DNA of 64,000 bases from Mobula hypostoma (Eukaryota). Shown in pieces: positions 50,816-63,233 of this stretch. Under the pieces are notes generated by a model. That model saw only the letters and a program-made list of their open reading frames with translations, did no database searches and was not told the DNA's origin. A program made the position numbers and the translations under genes. Within the stretch, counting starts at the first letter, position 1. Every line of letters begins with the position of its first letter. The stretch covers positions 8,494,001-8,558,000 of the forward strand of contig NC_086108.1 of the NCBI RefSeq assembly GCF_963921235.1, written 5' to 3'.

Positions 50816-53243
50816 GCCTGATGGTTGTGGGGTAATAACTGTTCCTGAACCTGGTGGTGTGGGACCTGAGGCTCATTGTGGTGACTGAAGTTATCCACAC
50901 TGGTTCAGGAGCCTGACGGTTGTGGGGTAATAACTGTTCCTGAACCTGGTGGTGTGGGACCTGAGGCTCATTGTGGTGAGTGAAGTTATCCACACTGGTT
51001 CAGGAGCCTGACGGTTGTGGGGTAATAACTGTTCCTGAACCTGGTGGTGTGGGACCTGAGGCTCATTGTGGTGAGTGAAGTTATCCACACTGGTTCAGGA
51101 GTCTGACGGTTGTGGGGTAATAACTGTTCCTGAACCTGGTGGTGTGGGACCTGAGGCTCATTGTGGTGACTGAAGTTATCCACACTGGTTCATGAGCCTG
51201 ACGGTTGTGGGGTAATAACTGTTCCTGAACCTGGTGGTGTGGGACCTGAGGCTCATTGTGGTGACTGAAGTTATCCACACTGGTTCAGGAGCCTGACGGT
51301 TGTGGGGTAATAACTGTTCCTGAACCTGGTGGTGTGGGACCTGAGGCTCATTGTGGTGACTGAAGTTATCCACACTGGTTCAGGAGCCTGACGGTTGTGG
51401 GGTAATAACTGTTCCTGAACCTGGTGGTGTGGGACCTGAGGCTCATTGTGGTGACTGAAGTTATCCACACTGGTTCAGGAGCCTGACGGTTGTGGGGTAA
51501 TAACTGTTCCTGAACCTGGTGGTGTGGGACCTGAGGCTCATTGTGGTGAGTGAAGTTATCCACACTGGTTCAGGAGCCTGACGGTTGTGGGGTAATAACT
51601 GTTCCTGAACCTGGTGGTGTGGGACCTGAGGCTCATTGTGGTCAGTGAAGTTATCCACACTGGTTCAGGAGCCTGACGGTTGTGGGGTAATAACTGTTCC
51701 TGAACCTGGTGGTGTGGGACCTGAGGCTCATTGTGGTGACTGAAGTTATCCACACTGGTTCAGGAGCCTGACGGTTGTGGGGTAATAACTGTTCCTGAAC
51801 CTGGTGGTGTGGGACCTGAGGCTCATTGTGGTCAGTGAAGTTATCCACACTGGTTCAGGAGCCTGACGGTTGTGGGGTAATAACTGTTCCTGAACCTGGT
51901 GGTGTGGGACCTGAGGCTCATTGTGGTGACTGAAGTTATCCACACTGGTTCAGGAGCCTGACGGTTGTGGGGTAATAACTGTTCCTGAACCTGGTGGTGT
52001 GGGACCTGAGGCTCATTGTGGTGAGTGAAGTTATCCACACTGGTTCAGGAGCCTGACGGTTGTGGGGTAATAACTGTTCCTGAACCTGGTGGTGTGGGAC
52101 CTGAGGCTCATTGTAGTGAGTGAAGTTATCCACACTGGTTCAGGAGCCTGACGGTTGTGGGGTAATAACTGTTCCTGAACCTGGTGGTGTGGGACCTGAG
52201 GCTCATTGTGGTGACTGAAGTTATCCACACTGGTTCAGGAGCCTGACGGTTGTGGGGTAATAACTGTTCCTGAACCTGGTGGTGTGGGACCTGAGGCTCA
52301 TTGTGGTGAGTGAAGTTATCCACACTGGTTCAGGAGCCTGACGGTTGTGGGGTAATAACTGTTCCTGAACCTGGTGGTGTGGGACCTGAGGCTCATTGTA
52401 GTGACTGAAGTTATCCACACTGGTTCAGGAGCCTGACGGTTGTGGGGTAATAACTGTTCCTGAACCTGGTGGTGTGGGACCTGAGGCTCATTGTGGTGAC
52501 TGAAGTTATCCACACTGGTTCAGGAGCCTGACGGTTGTGGGGTAATAACTGTTCCTGAACCTGGTGGTGTGGGACCTGAGGCTCATTGTGGTGACTGAAG
52601 TTATCCACACTGGTTCAGGAGCCTGACGGTTGTGGGGTAATAACTGTTCCTGAACCTGGTGGTGTGGGACCTGAGGCTCATTGTGGTCAGTGAAGTTATC
52701 CACACTGGTTCAGGAGCCTGACGGTTGTGGGGTAATAACTGTTCCTGAACCTGGTGGTGTGGGACCTGACGCTCATTGTAGTGACTGAAGTTATCCACAC
52801 TGGTTCAGGAGCCTGACGGTTGTGGGGTAATAACTGTTCCTGAACCTGGTGGTGTGGGACCTGAGGCTCATTGTGGTGACTGAAGTTATCCACACTGGTT
52901 CAGGAGCCTGACGGTTGTGGGGTAATAACTGTTCCTGAACCTGGTGGTGTGGGACCTGAGGCTCATTGTGGTGACTGAAGTTATCCACACTGGTTCAGGA
53001 GCCTGACGGTTGTGGGGTAATAACTGTTCCTGAACCTGGTGGTGTGGGACCTGAGGCTCATTGTGGTGACTGAAGTTATCCACACTGGTTCAGGAGCCTG
53101 ACGGTTGTGGGGTAATAACTGTTCCTGAACCTGGTGGTGTGGGACCTGAGGCTCATTGTGGTGACTGAAGTTATCCACACTGGTTCAGGAGCCTGACGGT
53201 TGTGGGGTAATAACTGTTCCTGAACCTGGTGGTCTGGGACCTA
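50816..53243 (-). repeat. 95-bp tandem array (about 25 units) derived from a LINE 3' end
   Basis: Exact 95-bp periodicity in the sequence and the ORF track. Confidence 0.97.
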
Positions 53244-54927
53244 AGACTCCTGTACCTTCTGCCCGATGGTGGTAGTGAGAAGAGAACATGGGTGGGATGG
53301 GGGTGGAGTCCTTCCTGCTACGAGAGGAGGGTGTCTGCATGTGATGGTCTCTCTCTCTCTCTCTCGCCACTCCTGAGGGAAGGTCCCTGTGTTTGAATGT
53401 CCCTCTCCTTCTCTCTCCCTTGATGCTATGCGAAGATTGTACCAAAATTCTGGGTCTGCAGTTTGTGGATTGGTCTAATGAACATGTAGATGAACTGAAT
53501 ATGTACTCTTCAATTTTGTGTTTTAATTTCTGTGTTTTTACTCATTCTCTCTTCTTGTTGCTTTCATGGATTTTCTTCTGTGCTGTTGGGGGGGGTGGGG
53601 GCGGTGGTTATGGTTTTCTTTGAACGGGTTCCAGGGTTTTCTTTGTTTCGTGACTGTGGGAAGGCGAATCTCAGGGTTGTACACTGCAGACCTACCTTGG
53701 TAATAGATGGACTTTGAATCTTTGAATCCTTTATGATGGATGTTGGTTAATGAAGAGAACAGGGTGGAGGTCCTTGATGATGGATGCTGCTCTCTAGAAA
53801 TTTTAAATAAAACATAGAAGCAAAAAAACACAAAGCAAATACTGAGTAAGCCAAGCAGCATCTGCGTAGAGAGTAAAATTTGGATAGGAAAGGTTTGGAG
53901 GGACCAGCTCGGAAAGACAACTTGGTCAGCATCATTGAGTTGGGCTGAAGGGCCTGTCTTCATTGCTGAGATTCTAATGTTCTCTTTTCCAACGAGTTGA
54001 CAATGACAGTAAACCATTGGCTGTAAGTCAGGTTTAGGTGTCACTACAGGTGCACGAGCCAGTCCTCACTGGAGGATCAGAGGTAGAGAGGGTCGGCAAC
54101 TTTAAATTCCTCAGCATTATTATTTCAAAGGACCTGTCCTGGACCCAGCATGAAAGTGTAATTGTGATTAAAAAAACACACATCAGGGCCTCCCATTTCT
54201 TAAGAGTTTGCGGAGATTTGACATGACATCTAAAACTTTGATAAACTTCTATAAATGTGTAGTGGAGATTGTACTGTCTGGCTGCATCACAGCCTGGTTA
54301 TGGAAACACCAAAGCCCTTGAACAGAAGATCCTACAAAACATAGTGGATTTGGCCCAATATATCACAGGTAAAGCCCTCCCAACCATTGAGCACATCTAG
54401 ATGAGATGCTGTTGCAGGGAAACAGCATCCATCATCAGGGACCCCCACCACACAGGAGATGCTTTCTTCTCGCTGCTGCCAGCAGGAAGAAGGAACAGGA
54501 CTCACACCACCATGTTCAGCAACAGTAATCACCCCTCAACCAGCAGGCTCTTGAATAGGGGATAACTACACTCACTTGCCCATCATTGAAATGTTCCCAC
54601 AACCAATTATCTCACTGAAGGACTCTTTATATTGTTACACAGTCTGTTGTCTTCTTCACTCTGGGTGTTTTCTCATTGATCCTGTTACAGTTACTGTTCT
54701 ATAGAGTTGTTTAGGTATGCCTACAAGAAAATGAATCTCAGGGTTGACATATATGTACTATGATAATAAGGTTTACTTTGAACCTTGAACTTGCTGTGTA
54801 GAGATTGTGGAAATTGCACCCATTCCCTTGTAGATGGTTTCTAAATGACCATACCACTATCAACTGTGTTTTGCTGACACAGACTTGAGAATGGTCTACT
54901 CGTATCTATATACTACTAAAACTCTCA

Positions 54928-55158
54928 TCCGCAGTGCCGCCGATGCGGCAGAGAGGGCCTCAAGATGGCTGTGGCTCAAAAGAGGGGAGCCATGGAGTCC
55001 TAAATAGCGAGCCATCTGGACACAAGCTGGGGTCTGATCAGCCCCGGCTGGGTCACCTGGAGGAGGTTGTATGATGTTGAAAGACCCGGAACACCTGATG
55101 ATTCCAGGAACATCACTGAAGACGTGTCCAGAAGCATCAGTAGATGTACGTACACAGT
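54928..55158 (+). mobile_element. Hero-clade 3' fragment nested in the Helitron 5' end
   Basis: Translates AADAAERASRWLWLKRGEPWSPK* (stop 55005-55007), homologous to the C-terminus of the 60593-60907 and 24212-24871 ORFs; followed by the structured 3' UTR. Confidence 0.8.
55015..55132 (+). ncRNA. Hero 3' UTR hammerhead-like motif (copy B)
   Basis: UCUGGACAC/GUGUCCAGA; hairpin AGCUGGGG..CCCCGGCU; GGGUC/GACCC; CCUGGA/UCCAGG with GA/GA kink-turn; GUA-UGAUGUU/AACAUCA-CUGAAGA; GAAA mutated to GGAA. Confidence 0.65.
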
Positions 55159-57494
55159 GTCTGTCTGTCTGTTTGTGACCTCCAATTAGCGCAAACAGTG
55201 CATTACAGCGGCACTTCTTTTGGCTAAATCGAATTAAAATGCACTAACTTACAGAATGCAGGCAAAGTTCAGGGTTATATATTCATATAAAATTGCTCAT
55301 TTGCCAGAAATCAACAGGCTGCTTTTCACCCGAGACCCGATTGGCCATCATGGAAATCGGGACACCACAGCCTGACGCATGCGCACGGCCAGCCTCAGCA
55401 GCTTGGAGGTTTTGGTGTTACTGCTTCCTATCTTCTATCAAGCATTAGGGTAAAAATATATGGATAGTCTAATTATGCCGCGTGGAAAGAGAAGGGGAAC
55501 ATTATGGGTCAAGAGATTACACCAGACGTTGTTGGGAAGTGGCAAGGAGAGGGAGAGAACAACAATCGGATGAGGCCAGGGCCGCACGACTCCAAGATCA
55601 AAGAGTCAGGAACAAAAAAGATGAGAGAAGACGAGACAGAGGAGGACGGGCATGCACGTCTCCAAAATGACAACAAAAGGCACAGACGGAGGAGAGAACA
55701 AGAATCCAATCAGACCAGGGCTGCACGACTCCAGGATCAGAGAGAAAGAACAAATGGTAGAAGAGACGAAGGGTGAAAGGGCTGTGTGTCTCCAGAATGA
55801 CAAAAACAGGCAGAGAAGGAGGAGAGAGAGAGACAGGAGAAAAGGAAAGATCAACTCGAGAATATGCGGCACAGAGTAATTATTGCGAGAGTTGCTGAAG
55901 ACGACAATGGCTGCTTTCGATGACAATACCTCGACAGAGAAAGAGCAAGGCAAAATGCAGAACTCACATGCTGTCACATTTCTGCTGATGTTGGTTCGAT
56001 GACCAGAGTATGCCCTCACTGTCGTGCCTTCCTATTCACTGGAGAAACCACACATTTTTGCTGTATGAAGGGAAAGGTCAGGACAGGCAATTTGCAGCCT
56101 CTACCTAATGAACTCCTCAATTTGTACAGCAATGATGAACCTATTGCAAACGTGTTCAGGAAGAACATCAGACAATACAATTGCCTCTTCCAAATGACAT
56201 CCTTTGGTGCCAAAGAAGTCATTCCAACTAGGAATCGATGGAATCGTTCTGTGATTATTCAAGGCCAAATCCATCATTACATTGGACATTTAATTCCAGA
56301 CCCAACCCAGCAAGCCTGATTCCTTCAAATTTACTTCATGGATACTTAATGTTCATTCTGGTCACATATTTGTCTTGCTATGCATCTTTCTTCTTTAATA
56401 AGCTGAGTTTTTCTTCTTTCATTTCCAAATCAAAGAGATAGCAATAGCATTCAGGAAAATGTAATGTTCATTATGGTCACATCAGACTGCACTACCCTTC
56501 TCTCAAAGGGTGTCCCAACTGTTCACCCCATTGTCTCGTTTTTAACTAACTGTTGATAGAGACAGCAAGGCCATGATTGTAAAATTCTCCCATTGTTTTC
56601 TATGGTGTCAGATTTCCCTACCTGAGAAATTCCCTCTTCTTACCTCTGTTGGATCCTGATTCTTTTGTGATCTAGAAGTCAAGAATAAGGCATAAAACTT
56701 ACTGCTTACAATCATTTTATTAAGAGTTACAAGAGCAGAAAATGACCAAGAAAGAGGAACCAAGAGAACAAAGAAAAGAGGAAGGAAAAAGCAGCTGTGG
56801 TCGTCTCATTCTCAGGCTGGTGATAACACAGATTCCAGTGATAACAATTAACGTATCAGGTAGACAGATTTCAGCGGTGTGACTCTTGCTACTGAAAACT
56901 AAGAAGATTGTAGAAAAATGCAACAGTAACTGTACTGTAGTTGCTGGAAAATTCACTGAATAATTACATGTATACAGAGTACTGTGCAACAGTCTCAGGC
57001 ATACCTGTATAACTCAGGTGCCTGGGACTTCTGCAGAGTACTGTAGTAATTTTATGTATTGCACTGTACTGTTGCCACACAGAAAAACAAGTTTCATGAC
57101 ATATGTGAGTGATGATAAACCTGATTCTGATATGGGTCTCTGTTGTGGACTGACAGTGGGAAGGGGACAGGGAGAGGGGAATCATGGTTGGGAAAAGGGG
57201 AAGGGAGAGGGGAGGGAGCAGGAAGCACCAGAGAGACATTCTGCAATGATCAATAAACCAATTGTTTGGAATGAAATAACCTTGCCTGGAGTCTCAGGGC
57301 TGGGTGTGTCTGCACCCACCACCACCTCCCACCCCCAGCCCTGCCCCTGGCCCTCCTCCCGTCCCACACCCCTCCCACAGTGCTCCACCCTCACCATTCC
57401 CAACATCCTTTGCTCCCGCCAGATTTACAAATGAGCTCTCTGTTCCACGTTGACAAATACAGTACAAATACAAAAAAGTCTTAAGCACCCTAGC

Positions 57495-57535
<41 letters not shown>

Positions 57536-57695
57536 GCGTCCAAGACTTTTGCACAGCACTCTTGGGGATTATATAAAAATACATGCAAGCATCAGAAAGT
57601 TAAACTGCAAGAAAAAAACATGCCTGCACCCCAATCCAAACCTCTCTCAGAGATCTTTTGGCTCCTCTAATTCTTCCTGCTTCAGATTTATTTTC

Positions 57696-58403
57696 TAAAT
57701 GGAGAGAAAATACAAAAATCTGAGGTGCCAAAGGACTTGGGAGTCCTTGTGCAGGATTCCCTAAAGGTTAATTTGCAGGTTGAGTCTGTGGTGAGGACGG
57801 CAAATGCAATGTTAGCATTCATTTCAAGAGAACTAGAATATAAAAGCAAGGACGTAGTGAGGCTTTATAAGGCACAGGTGAGGCCTCTCTCGGAGCATTG
57901 TGGCATCATATCTGAGAAGCAGTGTGCTGACATTGGACACAGTTCAAAGGAAGTTCATGAAATCCAGGATCTAAAGGCTTGTCATATGAGTAGCATTTGA
58001 TGGTTCGGGGCCTGTACTCACTAGAATTCAGAAGAATGAGGGGGGATCTTGTTGAAACCTATTGAATGGTGAAAGGCCTTGATAGAATGGAGGTGGAGAG
58101 GAGGCTTCCTATGGTGGGAGAGTCTAAGACCAGAAGACACAGTGACAGTCACAGAATAGAGGGGCGCCCACTTACAATGGAGATGAGGAGGAATTTCTTT
58201 AGCCAGAGAGGGGTGAATCTGTGGCGGCCAAGTCATTACTGAAGTCAGAAGTTGATAGATTCTTGATTGGTCAGGTCATGAAGGGATAAGGGGAGAAGGC
58301 AGGAGATTGGGGCTGAGACGGAAAATGGATCAGCTATGATGAAATGGCAGAGCAGACTCAATGGGCCGAATGGCCTAATTCTGCTCCTATACCTTATGGT
58401 CTT
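57696..58403 (+). mobile_element. CR1 3' end
   Basis: KDLGVLVQDSLKVNLQVESVVRTANAMLAFI..; CR1 3' UTR. Confidence 0.85.
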
Positions 58404-59182
58404 ATAACGTTAACTGTGACCGAGCTTTCAATATCATGGGCCAAGGCTTCACGACTAACCTCTTAAAACTTCCAAGCCTGCCTTTCAATCGTTGGAACAA
58501 TATTTAAAACAAGCCTCATTGACCAAGGATTGGCCTGAATATCTTCACTTTAGGTGAGAGACTATTGCATGGAAACAGTCCCTCCTATACTCATCCCACC
58601 TTATCCCACCCCTCACCCACACACCCAATTATTTTCATTGCTCAGTTAACCTTCCAAGCTTGCACGTCTGTGTTAGGAAGCTGGAGGACTGGGTGAAATC
58701 CGCATGGTCACAGAGACAACGTGCTAAGTCCATACACAGACAGCACCCAGGAATCAGAATCAGAATCAGGTTTAATATCACCGGCATATGTCGTGAAATT
58801 TGTTCTATGCTGTAGCTGTACATTGCAATACATAATAATAGAAAAAACTGTAAATTACAGTAAGTATATGTATATACAATAGTTAAATTAAATGAGTAGT
58901 GCAAAAATAAAAATAAAAAAGAAGTCAGGTAGTGTTCATGGATTCAATGTCCATTCAGAAATCGGGTGGCAGAGGGGAAGAAGCTGTTCCTGAATCGTTG
59001 AGTGTGTGTCTTCAGGCTTCTGTACCTCCTTCTTGATGGTAACAATGAGAAGAGGGCATGTCCTGGGTGATGGGGGTCCTTAATGATGGATGCCACTTTC
59101 TTCAAGCAACTCTTCTTCAAAAGCAACACTCACAAAACGCTAGAGGAACTCAGCAGGTCGGGCAGCATCTGTGGAAAAGATC

Positions 59183-59218
59183 AGTCGACGTTTCGGGCCA
59201 GAACCCTTCATCAAGACT
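59183..59218 (-). ncRNA. Minimal hammerhead variant (C3U) in tandem Penelope pseudo-LTR fragments (about 59125-59520)
   Basis: Minus strand reads AGUC-UUGAUGA-AGGGUUCUGGCCC-GAAA-CGUC-GACU. Confidence 0.65.
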
Positions 59219-60569
59219 ATTTTCACTTCTTGAAAATATACACACAAAATGCTGGAGGAACTCAGCAGGTCAGGCAGCATCTATGGAAATGAATAAACAG
59301 TCGATGTTTTAGGCCGAAACCCTTCTTCGGGACTGAAAAGGAAGGGGGGAGATGCCAGAATAAAAAGGTGGGGGGAAGGGGAAGGAGTCTAGCTGGAAGG
59401 TGACGGGTGAAGCCAGGTGGATGGGAAAGGGAAGGAGGAGGGGACACAGAAGAAGGTGATAGGGAGGCGTGAAGGGGTAAAAGGCCAAAGTGGGGAATAG
59501 AGAGGGAGGGATGGAGAAACAATTATGGGAAGGAGAAGTTGTTGGATATCGAAGCCGTCCTCAATGCTGGGAGACTCCTGCCGATGATGGAGCTGGCTGA
59601 GTGTATAACCCTCTGCAGCTATTTCCGATTCTGTGCACTGGAGCCTTCACACCAATTAGAATGGTCTCCACCGTACATCTGTAGGAATTGACTTGAGTCT
59701 TTGTTACATACCAAATCTCTTCAAACCCCTAATGAAGTATAGATGCCTTCTTCATGATCTCCTTCTTCTTGTAGTGGTACTGTTTAAAATTTTATTTCTC
59801 TGAGTTCTTCCAAAACGCTTCAAAATACAGATTTGTCACTATGGTCTCAGGATGGCTCTGACTTCTGAGAGAGGATATTGGTCAATATTGAGGCCTAAGG
59901 TCAAACCTGTGATCGGTGAGTCCTGGGACCGATATCCAGAGGTCGGGGAAGTCCACAGCTCGGCCAGTCTGGAATAGGTAGCCCGAAAGGTCAAAGACCG
60001 AAGTCGGCCTGTCCAGAGGTCGAGGACAATTCTGGGTCAGAGACTGGGGGTTGGAAGCTGATGTCTGGGAGGCTGAGAGTCCGAGGCCCAGAGGTGGGAG
60101 GGTTGTGTGTGTCTGTGAGGGGATTGGTGGCTGGTAAAGGAGTTTGTTTCAAACACAAGAGATTCTGCAGATGCAATCCAGAGCAACACACACAAAATGC
60201 TGGAGGAACTCAGCAGGTCAGGCAGCATCTATGGAGAGGAATAAAGAGTTGACATTTTGGGTTGAGACTTTGGGACTGTTTTTTTTTGTTTCTAATTTCA
60301 TTGTTGTGTTGTAGTTTCCTTGTTGTGTTCTGTGTTGTTCTACTGAACATGGTGGTCACATTACGGACACTTGCGGGCTGCCCCCAGCACATCCGTGCCT
60401 TTATGTAAGTAGTGCATTTCACTGTATGAAAGCCCATAGCCTGTTTCAAAGCTGGAGGCCAACCACAAGCCCAGTCCAGATCACCAGCAGGCCTGCTCGC
60501 CACAGTGTTGACTGGCAAATGAAAGTCAATCTTGGCAAGCAATTCAAGTTCCCTGACTTCATTGCTCAC

Positions 60570-61030
60570 AGTCCCTGAGGCCGGACAAGCAGGTGATCAT
60601 GGTGGCACTGACAGCTCCTTGGGAAGACTGGATTGAGGAAGCGTTCCGGTGTAAGAAGGGCAAATACCAGGAGCTGGTAGAGCTCTGTCAGAGACAAGGG
60701 TGGAGGGCACGATGCCAGTCTACAGAGGGGTGGGGTGTAGAGGTTTTGCTGGCTGCTCTCTGTCGAGCCTACTCTCTCCTTGACATTATGGGGGCTGCAA
60801 AGACCCTCAGGACCGTCACACAAGCTGTTAAGCAAGCCTCCAGGTGGCTATGGATCAAGAGGCGTGACCCGTGGACCAGTGCTGCTGGGACACAAGCCGG
60901 GGCCTGATCAACCCTGCTGGGTCACCTGGGCGAGGGTCCCTGGTGTTGAAAGACCTGAAACACTCAATGACCCCAGGTTACATCACTAATGATGTGTCCC
61001 AATGCATCCCGGGGTGTATCTCAGCACGTA
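60570..61030 (+). mobile_element. Hero-clade 3' fragment (endonuclease C-terminus + 3' UTR)
   Basis: ORF 60593-60907: VALTAPWEDWIEEAFRCKKGKYQELVELCQRQGWRARC..AVKQASRWLWIKR. Confidence 0.85.
60886..61001 (+). ncRNA. Hero 3' UTR hammerhead-like motif (copy C, decayed core)
   Basis: UGGGACACA/UGUGUCCCA; GGGUC/GACCU-GAAA; ACCUGGG-C-GA / AAU-GA-C-CCCAGGU kink-turn; UGGUGU/ACAUCA-CUAAUGA (G>A); cleavage triplet mutated. Confidence 0.6.
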
Positions 61031-61178
61031 TCCTCATGAAACCCAACATTGGACCCAACATATAGATGCAGCTAAAAGAAGGCACAAGAGGGGATATAAA
61101 TCATTGGGAGTTTGAGGGGAGTTGGTGTGTCACCAAAAACACGCGAAAATTTCTACTGATGTACCGTGGAGAGCATTC

Positions 61179-63233
61179 TAGTCTGTGAGCCAGGACCCCA
61201 AATTTGGGCCACCGGTACCATCTGGGGGGAATAATTCTTATAGTGATTTTTGGCAAGCTATACACCCGTAGTGGTAGAAACTACGTGATAGCATTGCAGT
61301 GGTGGTAGCTTTCTGTGTAGAACTCTATCAAGAATCGTGAAGGATCTCTATGGGGTGAAGAGACTGGTCATGAGTTGCAAGGTATCACAGGCACACAGAT
61401 GGTGAGGCAGTGGAGGAGCTTCCTGACCAAAGTCAGTAACAAAAATAGTCTCATTAGCTTCATAGTCCATGAATGGAGGAAGGCGGAGTATAGAGCAAAG
61501 CTACAGGAGAAGATTCTGTATGCAACTGTGAATGACAAATGTTACAGAATCACATCTCAAGACAGTGAGGAGGTGTCAGCTCTTCAGTGTCAACAAGAAG
61601 AAGCAGATGGCCGCCTACTTCTCCATGCTGCCCATGCCACAAGAGAGGGATACCAATCTGTAGTGATCTGCTCAGAAGACACAGATGGCTTTATCATGTC
61701 TTTAGCATTTTGTGACAAGATTGAGGCCTCATTGTTCCAGAAGTGTGGCACTAGAACCCGTACAAGGCTTGTAGACATCAGGAAGGTTGCTGCCACTGTT
61801 TGTAGGGCTCTCATTGGTTTGCACACATATACAGGATGCGACATTGTAAGCACTTTTGCAGGCAAAGGGAAGACAAGTGTCCTAAAACTTCTGACCAGCA
61901 ACAGGGAAACTCAGGACATATTCTTAGAGTTGGGTCAGGAATGGGACCTCTCCCCAGACCTGATGGACAAACTGGAGGCATTTACATGTCTCCTGTATGC
62001 CCCAAAAGCATCAACCACCAAGGTCAATGAGCTCAGGTATCACCTTTTCTGTGCCAAAAAAGGTGAAATCAAAAGTCATCAACTCCCACCATGCAAGGAC
62101 TGCTTAACAAAACATGCACAGTGAGCCAACTACCAGGCTGGTATACAGAGAAGATGTTTAGAGAAGGACCCACAAGTATCAAGCCCTGTTGGCAGAGGAT
62201 GGAAGACGGAGAGAGAAGAGGAAGCTGAAAAGTTGGTGGTGCACTGGATGGAAGGCCAGCCAGCACCCGATGCCGTCCTGGATCTACTGGCCTGTAACTG
62301 TCCAAAAAAATGTTCACTCCCAAGGAGTATGTGTGTTGCAAATGGCCTCAGGTGTACTGACATGTGTAGACTGGCAGACTGTGAGAAGCAGGCATCCACC
62401 TCAGAGAGTGTGGAAAGTTCAGATGAAGATGTGGAAGACGTGGAAGACTTGGAAAATTATGATGATTATTAATAGGTTATTAAAGCAGTCTTTGATTAAA
62501 TATATTCATTTTACAACCAAATGGGGTCTAGGTTATGGCCGTGTGGAACCCCACATTTGAACTATTGTACTGTAATTCTATATGCTACAACAAAAGCTTA
62601 AGATTGTTTTGATTTGATACAACAATATGGAAAACATCATGACATTGATAAAACTCCAGAAATCTCTTCAAATGAGGTGTTTTTCACCTTTTGGGGGGTG
62701 GGTAACATTTTCTGCTGCACTGATGTTAGTATGGAATATTTACAAAAAGTGATTACTTATTCGAATTCCTGAATAAATTCTCCACAAATCCATGTGATTA
62801 TATGTGTCCTAGGGTTTTTATTGACTTTTCCAAAATAAACAACAGACAAATATTTTTCTAAAAATGAAATGATTCACTCTACTGAACTTGGGCACTGTAC
62901 TGCGAGTGCCACCAATGACATAGTTTTCAACGTAGAATTTTTTAACAACATTTGATGAAAAGTGCTTGAACTCAGCTATCATTGTGACAAATTTCAATGT
63001 TGAGGGATCACTGATGACAAAATACCACTAGGTTGAATATATGTGCTGTACTTTATATTGGCCACTTTTCAGAAATGCTTATTTTAGGGTAGTGTTATAA
63101 AATGCATGATAGCACACATAATGCTACCACTGGTGCAATGCTATCACATATTTTCTAACTTTAGAGATGTATACCCTGCCAAAAATCACTATGAGCACTA
63201 TTCTCCGATGGTACCGACCAACACTACTGGCTA
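61179..63233 (+). mobile_element. Academ (AcademX-like) DNA transposon remnant with XPG/FEN1-like nuclease and Cys-rich finger
   Basis: ORFs 61375-62124 and 62233-62472: QEEADGRLLLH, SEDTD, TGCD..FAGKGK, LPPC, C-terminal CNC..C..C..GLRCTDMC. About 100-bp inverted repeats (61214-61318, 63112-63215); TAG...CTA ends; interrupts a Rex1 fragment. Confidence 0.75.

Larger units (their letters stand above)
54905..56538 (+). mobile_element. Helitron, internally deleted
   Basis: A|TC 5' end (TCTATATACTACTAAAA). RepHel N-terminus CPHCRAFLFTGE..CCMKGKV..FRKNIRQYNCLFQMTSFG..IQGQIHHYIG..FLQIYFMD. 3' hairpin GGGTG..CACCC then CTCG|T (degenerate CTAG). Confidence 0.85.

Noticed and set aside
50811..53178. 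Dozens of near-identical 65-aa ORFs; CRISPR-like appearance
   Set aside because: By-product of the 95-bp tandem unit; no unique spacers, no cas genes, eukaryotic context.
56720..56870. Purine-rich open stretch (..TKKRGRKKQLW..) as an exon
   Set aside because: No recognisable homology and weak splice signals.
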